Source of the DNA: Candidatus Aminicenantes bacterium UBA2190
GTDB taxonomy: Bacteria > Acidobacteriota > Aminicenantia > UBA2199
Length of the DNA: 64,000 bases
Direction of reading: 5' to 3'
Assembly: GCA_002335385.1 (NCBI GenBank)
Contig: DCVK01000021.1
Span: forward strand, 137,635-201,634
In this document: piece by piece, positions 19,290 through 28,829 of the stretch
How the letters are laid out: each line of letters starts with the position of its first letter
Position numbering within the stretch: position 1 is the first letter of the stretch
Made by a program: the position numbers and the translations under genes
The notes under the pieces: generated by a model
Databases searched by the model: none
What the model was told of the DNA's origin: nothing
Seen by the model: only the letters and a program-made list of their open reading frames with translations

Positions 19290-20309
19290 TCAGAACTTGA
19301 AGTACAGCGTGAGATAAGCGTAGATATCGGCCGCGGGCGTTGCGCCGTTCTTCGGCGCGTCATAAAAGATATACTTAAGGCTGGGAATGACCTTCACATT
19401 GTCGCCGAGGGTCCAGCCGAGGCCGGCCAGCACCACGTTGGCCCTGGCATTGTCGGCCATGGGGATGTAGTCGATCTTGCTGCCGCTGGGATTGGGGTCG
19501 AGCAGGCGGTCGTAGCGGCCGATCAGGTCCAGCTTGGCGCCGACCTTGAGGACGCCGAACAGCGAGACGAATTTCATGTCGCTGGTGACCCCTGCCGTAC
19601 TGGAATTGCGTATGCCGAAATTGAGGCCGCTGCGGCCCCAGCCCCCCCTGACGCCGGCGAAGGCCTGGAAAATGTTGACCGAGCTGTCGTTGCCCATGTT
19701 GGTATAATCGGCATACAGCTCAAGGAACAAGGATGGCGTGGGCTGGAAGTTAAGGCGGCCGTAGACCGCCTTGCCGCGGTTGGTCTCGGACTTGATGCCG
19801 GCGCCATTGCCGAAGACGACCGTGTAGGTGAGCTTGTTCTTGGCATCCAGCGCCCCCTTCAGCCCCACGCCGAACTCGCGGGAATTGCCGAACTTGAAAA
19901 GGTCGATGGGCGTCTTCTCCATGGGCCGGTAGCCCCAGAACTCTTCGATGGTGTCGTACAGGGGGGTGCCGATCAGTCCCAGCAGCAGCGTCTGCCTGCC
20001 GAGCCTGGCGGTGAGATAGGCGTCCTTGACGAAGGGGACCAGGGTCGACGATGTCTTGAAGTCGCCCGGGCTGTTCATCTCCAGGCGGAAGCGCATGGCG
20101 AATTTGTCGCTCAGGGCATTGTCATAGGTGAAGTAGACGCGCCGCAGCCAGAAGCCGTTGTTGCTTTCGACGGTCTCGTCGTGATGGGCGACCGCAAAGT
20201 AGTAATCGCCGAACACCAGGCCGGAAAACTTGCCCTCGCCCTTCAGCAGGGAGGCGGGCACGAGCAGCAGGCACAGGGCCAGCACCGCGAAGAGGTTTTT
20301 GCTTTTCAT
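19290..20309 (-). CDS. outer-membrane porin, possibly phosphate-selective
   Basis: Signal peptide, alternating amphipathic beta-strands, and a C-terminal aromatic residue (YFKF). Immediately downstream of pstS. Confidence 0.55.
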   Translation of the reverse strand: MKSKNLFAVLALCLLLVPASLLKGEGKFSGLVFGDYYFAVAHHDETVESNNGFWLRRVYFTYDNALSDKFAMRFRLEMNSPGDFKTSSTLVPFVKDAYLTARLGRQTLLLGLIGTPLYDTIEEFWGYRPMEKTPIDLFKFGNSREFGVGLKGALDAKNKLTYTVVFGNGAGIKSETNRGKAVYGRLNFQPTPSLFLELYADYTNMGNDSSVNIFQAFAGVRGGWGRSGLNFGIRNSSTAGVTSDMKFVSLFGVLKVGAKLDLIGRYDRLLDPNPSGSKIDYIPMADNARANVVLAGLGWTLGDNVKVIPSLKYIFYDAPKNGATPAADIYAYLTLYFKF

Positions 20310-20336
20310 GTCTTGCTCCTCGATCGTCCGCTGGCG

Positions 20337-21299
20337 CTACTGGCCGATCCGGGCCAGGGCCTGGGTGACCTTGCCGGCGGCCAGGCCGATGTATCCGGCT
20401 TCCGGCACGAACTTTTGCCCCTCCTTGAGGATCCAGCGCAGGAAGGCCTTGACCAGCGGTTTCTTGGGCTGGCCCTTGCAGACGAGGTACAGGTCGCGGG
20501 CCGGCGGGCTGGGATACTTGTCCCCGGCGATGGCCCTGGTGATCGCATCGCGGTTGCCGTAAAAGCTCTCGTCCGCATCGATCTTGCCGTTGCCGTTCAG
20601 GTCGATGGGCAGGATCGCCGTCCCGGCCATGGGCTTGAGCGAGGTGGCGTCATAGGCGTAGTTGATGTTGTTGAAGCCGATGCCCAGGGCGTCCTTGCGC
20701 ACGGCTTCGTTCAGTCCCGGGTCGCCGAAGACGCCAATGCCCAGGAGGTCCTCCTGTTTTTTCCCCATGAAGGCGGCCCAGGTCTCGGCCGCGCCGCAGG
20801 AATCCGAGCGGGTATAAACATTGACCTGCACGCTGCCCGTGCCGCCGAGCAGCGCGTTCCAAGTCGGCGTCTCCTCCTGGAGCCAGATGCGCGCGAAGTC
20901 GGATTTCTTGACCCCTTTTTTCATGATCTCCTTGAGCAGCGGGTTGGCCTGGTTGATGACCGGGATCACGGCGTCCTTGGTGACCGGAACGAACCAGGCC
21001 CCTTTCTGCACCTCGGCCGGGTAGATCTCCCGCGATACCATGCCGATGTCGACCATGTCGGACAGCGCGTCGGCGATGCCCTTGCCGGCTCCCCCCGCCG
21101 AGATGTCGAAGCGCACGTCGGGGTGGAGCTTGCGGAATTCCTCGGACCATTTCATGACCATGGGGTAGAGCGCCCAGGCGCCGGAGATGGTGATCGTTCC
21201 CTGCAGTTTCGGGGCAACGGTCTTCTGAGCCGAGAGGGCGGGAATGAAGACAAGGCCCAGAAGGGCCAGCGCGGTGAGGATCGTGATCGCTCTTTTCAT
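20337..21299 (-). CDS. pstS: phosphate ABC transporter substrate-binding protein PstS family
   Basis: Signal peptide from the internal Met with GGAGG RBS. PBP-like SAGGAGKG, characteristic of the PstS phosphate-binding site. The ORF track's upstream 20 aa have no RBS. Confidence 0.85.
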   Translation of the reverse strand: MKRAITILTALALLGLVFIPALSAQKTVAPKLQGTITISGAWALYPMVMKWSEEFRKLHPDVRFDISAGGAGKGIADALSDMVDIGMVSREIYPAEVQKGAWFVPVTKDAVIPVINQANPLLKEIMKKGVKKSDFARIWLQEETPTWNALLGGTGSVQVNVYTRSDSCGAAETWAAFMGKKQEDLLGIGVFGDPGLNEAVRKDALGIGFNNINYAYDATSLKPMAGTAILPIDLNGNGKIDADESFYGNRDAITRAIAGDKYPSPPARDLYLVCKGQPKKPLVKAFLRWILKEGQKFVPEAGYIGLAAGKVTQALARIGQ

Positions 21300-21476
21300 C
21301 GGAAATGCCTCCAGTGTGTTGATTTGCCTGCCCATAAATGGGCTACAAGCATAGTACAATTATAATACAATTAATTCGTTTGTCAATACCTGGGCCGAAA
21401 ATCGTCAACGGTCTGACAGCAGAAGCCGCGATTGTATTTCCTGGCGATTTGATCTACAATGGCGGCGAGGTGATTC

Positions 21477-21884
21477 ATGGAGCAAACCCTGGCCATCATC
21501 AAGCCCGACGCTGTCCAGCGCCAGCTGGTCGGGGTGATCATCTCCGAGATCGAAATGAACCGCTTCGCCATCGGCGCCATCCGCGTCCTGCGCCTGTCCG
21601 CCGACCAGGCCGCCCGCTTCTACCGGGAGCACCAGGGGAAGCCTTTCTACGAGAGTCTCGTGGCCTACATGTCTTCGGGGCAGCTTTTTTCGTTGGTTTT
21701 GGAAAGGGATCAGGCCGTCGACGAATGGCGGCGGCTGATGGGGCCGACCGATCCCGCCAAGGCGGGGCCGCTCACCCTGCGCCGGCGCTTTGCCATCGAC
21801 ATGCAGCGCAACAGCGTCCACGGGGCCGACTCGCCGGCGACAGCGGCCCGGGAGATCGACTTTTTCTTTGGAGAGGGGGCATGA
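21477..21884 (+). CDS. ndk: nucleoside diphosphate kinase
   Basis: LAIIKPDAV and the NSVHGADS active-site His motif. Confidence 0.9.
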   Translation: MEQTLAIIKPDAVQRQLVGVIISEIEMNRFAIGAIRVLRLSADQAARFYREHQGKPFYESLVAYMSSGQLFSLVLERDQAVDEWRRLMGPTDPAKAGPLTLRRRFAIDMQRNSVHGADSPATAAREIDFFFGEGA

Positions 21885-22243
21885 AAAGTTTTCAGATCCG
21901 CAGCAAGATGGTCAACGGCGTGGCGGTCCTCTACCTGAAAGGCCATTTGGACGCCCATCAGGTGGGCCGTTTCGAGAAGGAGCTCGTGCGCATGATCCGC
22001 GAGAGCAATTTCAATATCCTGATCAACGGCCAGGACCTGAACTACATCACGTCGGCCGGCATGGGCATCATCATGGGTTACATCGACGAGGTCCGCGAGA
22101 AGGGCGGGGATATCAAGCTGTGTTCGCTGAGCGAACGGGTGCATGAGACCTTCGACCTGGTGGGCTTCACCGAGATTTACGATTTCGTCGCCGACGAGCA
22201 GGCCGCCATTGAAAAATTCAGCCGCATTCCCCCCCAAGCCTGA
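21881..22243 (+). CDS. STAS-domain anti-sigma-factor antagonist (SpoIIAA/RsbV-like)
   Basis: About 120 aa. Conserved phosphorylatable Ser in DLNYITSAG. ATGA overlap with ndk. Confidence 0.8.
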   Translation: MKSFQIRSKMVNGVAVLYLKGHLDAHQVGRFEKELVRMIRESNFNILINGQDLNYITSAGMGIIMGYIDEVREKGGDIKLCSLSERVHETFDLVGFTEIYDFVADEQAAIEKFSRIPPQA

Positions 22244-22652
22244 CTTTTCGATCACCATCCTGTCGCAGACCCAGTTGTTGAAGATGGTGGTCGAGCTGAC
22301 CCGTCATATCGCCACCCTGTCCCAGTTCCCCCTCCAGGAGGCGCAGAAGATCTCGCTGGCCATCGATGAGGCCGTGACCAACGTCATCAAGCACTCCTAC
22401 CGCAACGAGGCGGATCGCGAGATCCGCATCGAGTTTTTCCTGGCTCCCGCCGGCTTGCGCATCCGCATATTCTACCGTGGCCTGGCGCCCGACATCTCCG
22501 GCGAGGAGGTGAACATCGGCCGCATGATCAAGAAAAAAAGGAAGGGCGGCCTGGGCGTCAAGCTGATGAAGACCATCATGGATTCGGTCGTTTATACGAG
22601 CGTCGACGGCGAGAACTGCTGCGAGATGATCAAGTGGCGGACGGCGAAGTAA
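22143..22652 (+). CDS. anti-sigma regulatory factor Ser kinase (RsbW/SpoIIAB-like HATPase); start uncertain
   Basis: GHKL N-box EAVTNVIKHSY and G-box GGLGVKLM. The true start is probably near 22240-22285, overlapping the STAS stop, but no canonical start codon is resolved. Confidence 0.65.
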   Translation: MRPSTWWASPRFTISSPTSRPPLKNSAAFPPKPDFSITILSQTQLLKMVVELTRHIATLSQFPLQEAQKISLAIDEAVTNVIKHSYRNEADREIRIEFFLAPAGLRIRIFYRGLAPDISGEEVNIGRMIKKKRKGGLGVKLMKTIMDSVVYTSVDGENCCEMIKWRTAK

Positions 22653-23884
22653 AGCGGCTGCAGAAAGAGCTGCAATTCAAGAAGCTGCAGCTGAATTCCA
22701 TCCACGAGCTCTCAGCGGCCATCCAGACGCAGTACGACGTCGACCATGTCATGAGGATCTTCTTTTCCTCGCTCATGGCGCCGCTGGGTCTTTTGCGCAC
22801 CTTTATTTTCGACCGCCGCCATGACCTGTTCCGCAAGCGCGGCTTCGCCCTGAGCGAGGGCGAGTCGCTGCTGCTGAAGAAGAAGCTGACCCGCGCCCTG
22901 GCCGGCAAGGACTGCGTGAACGTGGATGCCCTGCCCCCGGCACTGGACGACCTGAAAAAGCTGCTGCAGGCGCGGCGCATCGCCTACCTGCTCAACATCG
23001 CTGAAGGCAAAAAGGGGCCCATCATCCTGGGGCTGGGGCGCAAATTCAACCGGAGCGAGCTGCAGGCGGAGGACTTCGAGTTCGCCTGCATCCTGTCGCG
23101 CTTCATGCTGATCGAGCTGGACAACATCCGCTACCTGGCGCAGATCGTCGAGAAGCGGAAGCTGGAGCACGAGATGCAGATCGCCCGCCGCATCCAGCTT
23201 TCGCTGCTGCCCCAGTCGCTGCCGTTGCTGCGTCACTACGACCTGGCGGTCATCTACGAGCCGATCCAGGAGGTTGGCGGCGACTATTACGACATCCTGA
23301 AGAAAAGGAAGCATGTCCAGCCGCTGGTGCTGGCCGACGTCGAGGGCAAGGGCCTGGCCGCCGCCCTGCTGGCCGCCTCCTGCCAGGCGGTTTTTCATTC
23401 CATGAACGAGCTGTACCTGTACAAGCCGGCCATTTTCATTGCCAAGGCCAATGCCTTCATCCACGAGATCACCCGCGGCAGCCGCTTCATTACCCTGTTC
23501 TGGATGCTGCTCAACGACGATGCCCCGGCGCTGACCTATGTCAATGCCGGTCACAGCGCCCCTTTCCTGGTCGGCGCCGGCGGCGCGCGCAAGCTGGACG
23601 CCGGGGGGCTGCTGCTCGGGTTCAGCGGCGTCAGCGCCTACCAGGAGCAGACCGTGGCGTTGGACAGCGGCGACGTGATCTGTGCCTTCACCGACGGCGT
23701 GTTCGAGGCGCAGAACCCGGCGGGCGATGAGTTCGGCGAGCAGGCCATCGCCGCCTTCCTCCAGGCCCATCGCCGCCTCGGGGCCCGGGAGCTGGGCGAC
23801 GCGCTGTACCGGCGGATAAGAAGTTTCGTCGGCAAAGCCAAGTTCCGTGATGACTTCACCATACTGATCGTCAAGGTGCGTTGA
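22634..23884 (+). CDS. PP2C-type Ser phosphatase (RsbU/SpoIIE family) with N-terminal sensor (GAF-like) domain
   Basis: C-terminal GDYYD...DVEGKG...DGV PPM motifs. N-terminal ~170-aa sensory region. Confidence 0.8.
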   Translation: MADGEVKRLQKELQFKKLQLNSIHELSAAIQTQYDVDHVMRIFFSSLMAPLGLLRTFIFDRRHDLFRKRGFALSEGESLLLKKKLTRALAGKDCVNVDALPPALDDLKKLLQARRIAYLLNIAEGKKGPIILGLGRKFNRSELQAEDFEFACILSRFMLIELDNIRYLAQIVEKRKLEHEMQIARRIQLSLLPQSLPLLRHYDLAVIYEPIQEVGGDYYDILKKRKHVQPLVLADVEGKGLAAALLAASCQAVFHSMNELYLYKPAIFIAKANAFIHEITRGSRFITLFWMLLNDDAPALTYVNAGHSAPFLVGAGGARKLDAGGLLLGFSGVSAYQEQTVALDSGDVICAFTDGVFEAQNPAGDEFGEQAIAAFLQAHRRLGARELGDALYRRIRSFVGKAKFRDDFTILIVKVR

Positions 23885-23896
23885 AAAGGGGAGATC

Positions 23897-25165
23897 ATGA
23901 ACACTGTCGTGCTGGGGCTGCAATGGGGTGACGAAGGCAAGGGCAAGGCCATCGATTATCTGGCCGGGGGCTTCGACGTGGTCACGCGTTTTCAGGGCGG
24001 CCATAATGCCGGGCATACCGTTTATTACCGGGGGCAGAAGGTCGTCCTGCACGTGCTGCCGTCGGGGATCTTCTACCCGGACTGCCTGGCGGTGATCGCC
24101 AGCGGCGTGGTGGTGCAGCCGCTGCAGCTGGTCGATGAGATCCGCAACGCTCGTGCCCTGGGCCTGACCCTGCAGAACCTGGCGCTGAGCGAGAATGCGC
24201 CGCTGATCCTCCCCTTCCACCAGCAGCTGGACGTCATCTTCGAGGACTCCCGCTACCAGCGTATCGGCACCACCCGGCGCGGCATCGGGCCGGCCTACGA
24301 GGACGTCGTCGGCCGCCGTGCCCTTTTCGTCGGCGACCTGCTGCACGCCAGCGCGTTCCGTGGCAAGATCGCCCGCCTGGCGGAATACTACAACCGCCTC
24401 TTCGCCGCCTATGGCCACCCGGCCGAGGACCTGGAATATGCCGTCCAGCGCTACCTGGAGGCCGGGGAGTTCCTCCGGCCCCACGTGACCGACACCACCC
24501 GGCTGCTGCAGGAGTCCTGGCAGGAGAAGAAGAAGATCCTGTTCGAGGGGGCCCAGGGGAGCCTGCTGGACATCAACCTGGGCACCTATCCCTTCGTCAC
24601 CTCCTCCAACACCACCATCGCCGGGGTTTTTTCCGGGACCGGGCTCTCGCCCAAGGCGGTCGATCGTGTGGTGGGCATCTCCAAGGCCTACGCCACCCGT
24701 GTCGGCGAGGGGCCCTTTCCCAGCGAGCTGAAAGACGATTTTGGCGCCCTGCTGCGCGCGCGCGGCAATGAATTCGGGGCGACCACCGGCCGTCCGCGAC
24801 GCGTCGGCTGGCTCGATCTGGTGGCCCTGAAGCACGCGGTGCAGATCAACGGCGTCGACGATATTTTCCTCACCAAGCTCGACGTGCTCGACGACCTGGC
24901 CGAGATCCGCGTGGCCACCGCCTATGAGGTCGACGGCGAGCGCCGCGCTGCGTTCCCCTGCCACGCCGAGGCACTGGATCGGGTCACGCCGGTCTACCAG
25001 GCGCTGCCGGGCTGGCAATGTTCCCTGGGCGCCATCGAGCGCGCCCAAGACCTGCCGAGGGCGGTTCGCTCCTATATCGATTTTATCGAGACATTCGTCG
25101 GGGCGCGCATCCGCTACCTGGGGGTCGGCGGCGAGCGCCGGCAGACGATCGAGATCACAGACTGA
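23897..25165 (+). CDS. purA: adenylosuccinate synthetase
   Basis: QWGDEGKGK P-loop, GGHNAGHT, and conserved TTGRPRR. Confidence 0.9.
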   Translation: MNTVVLGLQWGDEGKGKAIDYLAGGFDVVTRFQGGHNAGHTVYYRGQKVVLHVLPSGIFYPDCLAVIASGVVVQPLQLVDEIRNARALGLTLQNLALSENAPLILPFHQQLDVIFEDSRYQRIGTTRRGIGPAYEDVVGRRALFVGDLLHASAFRGKIARLAEYYNRLFAAYGHPAEDLEYAVQRYLEAGEFLRPHVTDTTRLLQESWQEKKKILFEGAQGSLLDINLGTYPFVTSSNTTIAGVFSGTGLSPKAVDRVVGISKAYATRVGEGPFPSELKDDFGALLRARGNEFGATTGRPRRVGWLDLVALKHAVQINGVDDIFLTKLDVLDDLAEIRVATAYEVDGERRAAFPCHAEALDRVTPVYQALPGWQCSLGAIERAQDLPRAVRSYIDFIETFVGARIRYLGVGGERRQTIEITD

Positions 25166-25290
25166 AAAAAAGATATTAAAAAGTTCGAGGTTGAAGAGAA
25201 AAAAGGCATAAGGCAAAAGTGAAGGGACATCACTAGACAGACGGCATCAGGCGCCGGCCGCCGCGGAACTGGGCGGAGTTCAGGACCCGG

Positions 25291-25488
25291 TTACTTTTTT
25301 TTGGCCTTGGCTTTGGCCTTGGGCTTTGCCTTTGCGGCCTTGGCCAGCTCGGCCTTGCTCTTGCGCTTCATGTCCATGGCGTGGGATTTCTTGTAGCTCT
25401 GGATGTCCTTGAAGCGCCCCTTGGCGTCGCGAACGGCGTAGAGCTTCTTTCCCTTCGAGCTTCTCATGACGGTTCTTTTAACTGGCAT
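25291..25488 (-). CDS. small lysine-rich basic protein with KAKPKAKAKAKKK tail
   Basis: Internal Met with GAGGTG SD. 65 aa, pI very high. AKP/KAK C-terminal repeats resemble histone-H1-like tails. Confidence 0.5.
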   Translation of the reverse strand: MPVKRTVMRSSKGKKLYAVRDAKGRFKDIQSYKKSHAMDMKRKSKAELAKAAKAKPKAKAKAKKK

Positions 25489-25600
25489 GGGCTCACCTCT
25501 GCCCATCGTATAGCACGCGGAAACGCCAATGTCAATTTTTCGCGCCCGCATAGAAGTGAGTGCAGTTATTATCGCGGCAAGCGTTTAAAATATTTCGTTC

Positions 25601-26788
25601 TTACCCCTTGAACTGGTCGAGGGCCAGCAGCAGCAGCCTGGCGGCGCGCTCGAGCTTGGGCGTCTCGATCACGTAGGCCAGGCGCACCTCGTCCTTGCCC
25701 CGGCCCGGGGTCTTGTAGAAACCCTCACCCGGAGCGATCATCACCGTCTCGTTGTTGTCGCTGAACTCGTTGAGCAGCCAGCGGGCAAAGATCTCACCGT
25801 CGGCGATCGGCAGCTTGGCCATGATGTAGAAGGCGCCCTCCGGTTTCTGCAGAATGATCTCCTGGCGCGAGGTCAGGATGGAATAGAGGATGTCGCGGCG
25901 CTTCTGGTATTCGGCCATGACCTCCTTGAAATAGTCGTGGGGCAGCTCGTAGGCGCCGATGGCCCCTACCTGCTCGAGGGTGGGCGGGCAGAGACGGGCC
26001 TGGGCGAACTTGGTAATGCCCTTCATCACGGACTCGTTGCGCGATATCACGGCGCCGATACGGGCGCCGCAGGCCGAATAGCGCTTGGAGATCGAGTCGA
26101 CGACGATGACACGGTCCTCCAGTCCCGACAGCTGCAGCACGCTGAAATGGACCTTGCCATCGTAGGTAAACTCCTTGTAGACCTCGTCGGCGATGAGGAA
26201 CAGGTCGTGCTTCCTGGCGAAATCGCCGATGGCCCTCAGTTCGTCGGGGGTGTAGACGGTGCCGGTGGGGTTGTTCGGCGAGCAGAGGAGGACGGCGCGG
26301 GTGCGCGGGCTGAGTTTCTGCTCGAACTCGCTGATGGCGGGCAGGTGAAATCCGTTCTCGGCCTTGGCCGTCACGGGCACGATCTTGAGGCCGCACTGCG
26401 AGGCGTAACCGCTGTAGTTGGTGTAGAAGGGCTCGGAGACGATGACCTCGTCGCCGGGATCGCCCACGGCGTTGAAGGCGAAGGAAATGGCCTCGCTGCC
26501 GCCGGTGGCGATGACGATGTTCTTGGGTTCCAGAATGATCTCGAAAAAAGCGAAATAATTGACCATGGCGACCTTGAGGGCCTCCAGGCCGTCGGAGGGG
26601 CCGTAGGAGAGGACCTTCTCCTCATAGTCGTAGATCTTCTGATAGAAAACCTCCGGGGTGTGGATGTCGGGCTGGCCGATGTTCAGGTGATAGACGGTCG
26701 TGCCCCGCTTCTTGGCGGCGTTGGCAATGGCGGTCAGCTTGCGGATCGGGGATTCCTGTATGTTCTGGGCGCGCTGCGAGATGTTCAT
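25601..26788 (-). CDS. class I/II (aspartate/aromatic-like) PLP aminotransferase
   Basis: N-terminal MNISQRAQNIQESPIRKL. PLP-lysine SKRYSACGARIG. GGAGG RBS before the internal Met. Confidence 0.85.
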   Translation of the reverse strand: MNISQRAQNIQESPIRKLTAIANAAKKRGTTVYHLNIGQPDIHTPEVFYQKIYDYEEKVLSYGPSDGLEALKVAMVNYFAFFEIILEPKNIVIATGGSEAISFAFNAVGDPGDEVIVSEPFYTNYSGYASQCGLKIVPVTAKAENGFHLPAISEFEQKLSPRTRAVLLCSPNNPTGTVYTPDELRAIGDFARKHDLFLIADEVYKEFTYDGKVHFSVLQLSGLEDRVIVVDSISKRYSACGARIGAVISRNESVMKGITKFAQARLCPPTLEQVGAIGAYELPHDYFKEVMAEYQKRRDILYSILTSRQEIILQKPEGAFYIMAKLPIADGEIFARWLLNEFSDNNETVMIAPGEGFYKTPGRGKDEVRLAYVIETPKLERAARLLLLALDQFKG

Positions 26789-26860
26789 GATGCCTCCTCG
26801 AATGTCAGAAGCAAAATTATAAGCCCAAACAGGGGGAGAAATCAATGACTGTCAGTACTT

Positions 26861-27099
26861 GGTTTACGGTCGACGGTTTACGGTTTACGGGAAGAAAAGA
26901 GACGATAGGGAGACTTGAATCCAGTTTTCAATTTCCAAAAACAAACAATATCCAAAGCCAAAATTCCAATTTCCAAAAAGAAATCCCTGTTTATTTAGTC
27001 TGTCTTTTTCCTAGCGCCTTGTTCTTCAACGTCGAACTTCGAACATCGAACTTCGAACCTTGTCCAGGGATTTCACATTACTTGTCACTCGTCACTGAT
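26861..27099. repeat. composite intergenic element of four different short-tandem-repeat modules: GGTTTAC x4, CCAAAWT-type, TCGAACW x4, GTCACTC x3
   Basis: Divergent region between the aminotransferase and rlmN. The same module families recur elsewhere in the window. A 97-aa ORF here is low-complexity and spurious. Confidence 0.6.
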
Positions 27100-27109
27100 T
27101 TGCGATACT

Positions 27110-28162
27110 ATGGGACTTGTGAAGGAAGCAATAACTAAACCCTGGGTCCTGGAGCGGCAGCTGGGCGAACTGCGCTCCGAGCTTCTGGCCGAGGGATTTC
27201 GCGACTACGTCGCCCGCCAGGTGTTCCAGTGGGTCTACCGCAAGAACAGCCAGGAACCTTCCTCGTGGAGCAATATCGCCAAGGCCGGCCGCGAGAAGCT
27301 GGCCGGCCTCTATGACTGGAGTCCGCGGCCCGTGCTGCAGGTTCAGGGTGGAGCCCGGGAAGCCCGCAAGTTCCTCTTCCTTCTTGGGGACGGTCAGAAG
27401 ATCGAGGCCGTCCTGATCCGGGAGAAGGACCATTATACTTTTTGCCTTTCGAGCCAGGCGGGATGCCCGCTGGCTTGCGCCTTCTGCGCCACCGGCGCCA
27501 TGGGCTTCCGCCGCGACCTGACCGCCGGGGAGATCGTCAGCCAGGTGCTCGCCCTGAAGAAGGAGCTCGGCGAATATTCCGGCAGGTTGAACCTGGTCTT
27601 CATGGGCATGGGCGAGCCCTTGCTCAACTACAACAACCTGGCCCGGGCCCTGCGCGTCATCACCGAGCCCGACGGGCTGAACATCTCGCCGCGCCATGTC
27701 ACTGTTTCCACCGCGGGCATCCTGGAGAACCTCGCGGAACTGGAGCGTGATTTCCCGCAGGTGAAGATCGCCTTCTCGCTCAATGCCCCCGACCCGCAGC
27801 TGCGCGCCGAGCTGATGCCGGTCTCGCGGAAGCACAGCCTGGATGACCTCCTGGCTTATTTCCGCGGGCACAAGCGCCGCCAGCGGATTACCTTCGAGTA
27901 CGTGCTGCTGGCCGGAATCAACGATTCGCCGGCACAGGCCCGGCAGGTGGCGCGGCTGCTGCACGGCATCCCGGCAAAAATCAACCTCATCCCCTACAAC
28001 GCCAACCCGGGGATGCCGTTCAAGCGCCCCGACGAGGGCGCGGTGGAAAGATTCCGCTCCATCCTGCTGGAAAGGGGCCTGACCGCGGTCACGCGCTGGT
28101 CCAAGGGGCAGGAGACCCGCTCGGCCTGCGGCCAGCTGGCCGTTGGCGGTTTTTCTTGTTGA
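27110..28162 (+). CDS. rlmN: 23S rRNA m2A2503 / tRNA methyltransferase RlmN (radical SAM)
   Basis: Radical-SAM CPLACAFCATG and a C-terminal Cys. Conserved GMGEPL. Confidence 0.9.
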   Translation: MGLVKEAITKPWVLERQLGELRSELLAEGFRDYVARQVFQWVYRKNSQEPSSWSNIAKAGREKLAGLYDWSPRPVLQVQGGAREARKFLFLLGDGQKIEAVLIREKDHYTFCLSSQAGCPLACAFCATGAMGFRRDLTAGEIVSQVLALKKELGEYSGRLNLVFMGMGEPLLNYNNLARALRVITEPDGLNISPRHVTVSTAGILENLAELERDFPQVKIAFSLNAPDPQLRAELMPVSRKHSLDDLLAYFRGHKRRQRITFEYVLLAGINDSPAQARQVARLLHGIPAKINLIPYNANPGMPFKRPDEGAVERFRSILLERGLTAVTRWSKGQETRSACGQLAVGGFSC

Positions 28163-28204
28163 TTTCTACCGGATTCGGTTATATAATATAGTCTCTGGGA
28201 TAGG

Positions 28205-28816
28205 ATGAAATCAAAACTTCAAAAACTCAAGGGTACCTGTATCGGCATCGCCGGCTGCGGCGGGCTGGGCTCCAACTGCGCCGTGGCCCTGGCTCGCGCC
28301 GGCGTCGGCCGCCTGGTCATCGCCGATTTCGACAGCGTGACCCGTGAAAACCTCGACCGCCAGTACTATTTCCTGGACCAGGTCGGGCAGAAGAAGGTCC
28401 GGGCCCTGTACGAAACCCTGCTGCGCATCAACCCCGACATCGTCGTGGAGGCTTATGACCTGCGCCTGGGTCCCGGGGAGATCGCCCACGTTTTCAAGGA
28501 CTGCCAGGTGATCATCGAGGCCTTCGACCGCGCCGACATGAAGCGGATGATCATCGAGGCGGTCGTGGAGCATTTCCCCGACAAGTTCATCATCGCCGGC
28601 TCGGGACTGGCGGGGTACGGCGGCAACAACGAGCTGCGCACGCGCCGGCTCGGCAACCTGTTCATCTGCGGCGATGAGGTCAGCGAGGTTTCCGACGAGC
28701 TGCCGCCCCTGGCGCCGCGCGTGGCCGCGGTGGCGGCGCTGCAGGCCAACCAGGCGCTGGAGATCGTTCTGGACGACATGGAGCCGGCCCGTGGCGGCGA
28801 CGTGTGGGACGAGTGA
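28205..28816 (+). CDS. thiF: ThiF/MoeB-family E1-like sulfur-carrier adenylyltransferase (short form, no rhodanese domain)
   Basis: GIAGCGGLGSN nucleotide-binding loop and the DFD motif. Confidence 0.75.
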   Translation: MKSKLQKLKGTCIGIAGCGGLGSNCAVALARAGVGRLVIADFDSVTRENLDRQYYFLDQVGQKKVRALYETLLRINPDIVVEAYDLRLGPGEIAHVFKDCQVIIEAFDRADMKRMIIEAVVEHFPDKFIIAGSGLAGYGGNNELRTRRLGNLFICGDEVSEVSDELPPLAPRVAAVAALQANQALEIVLDDMEPARGGDVWDE

Positions 28817-28829
28817 ACGAGGAACGAGG

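Noticed and set aside
26845-27138. 97-aa ORF (MTVSTWFTVDGLRFTGRKE...)
   Set aside because: Lies entirely within low-complexity tandem repeats. No RBS. Composition is dictated by the repeats.
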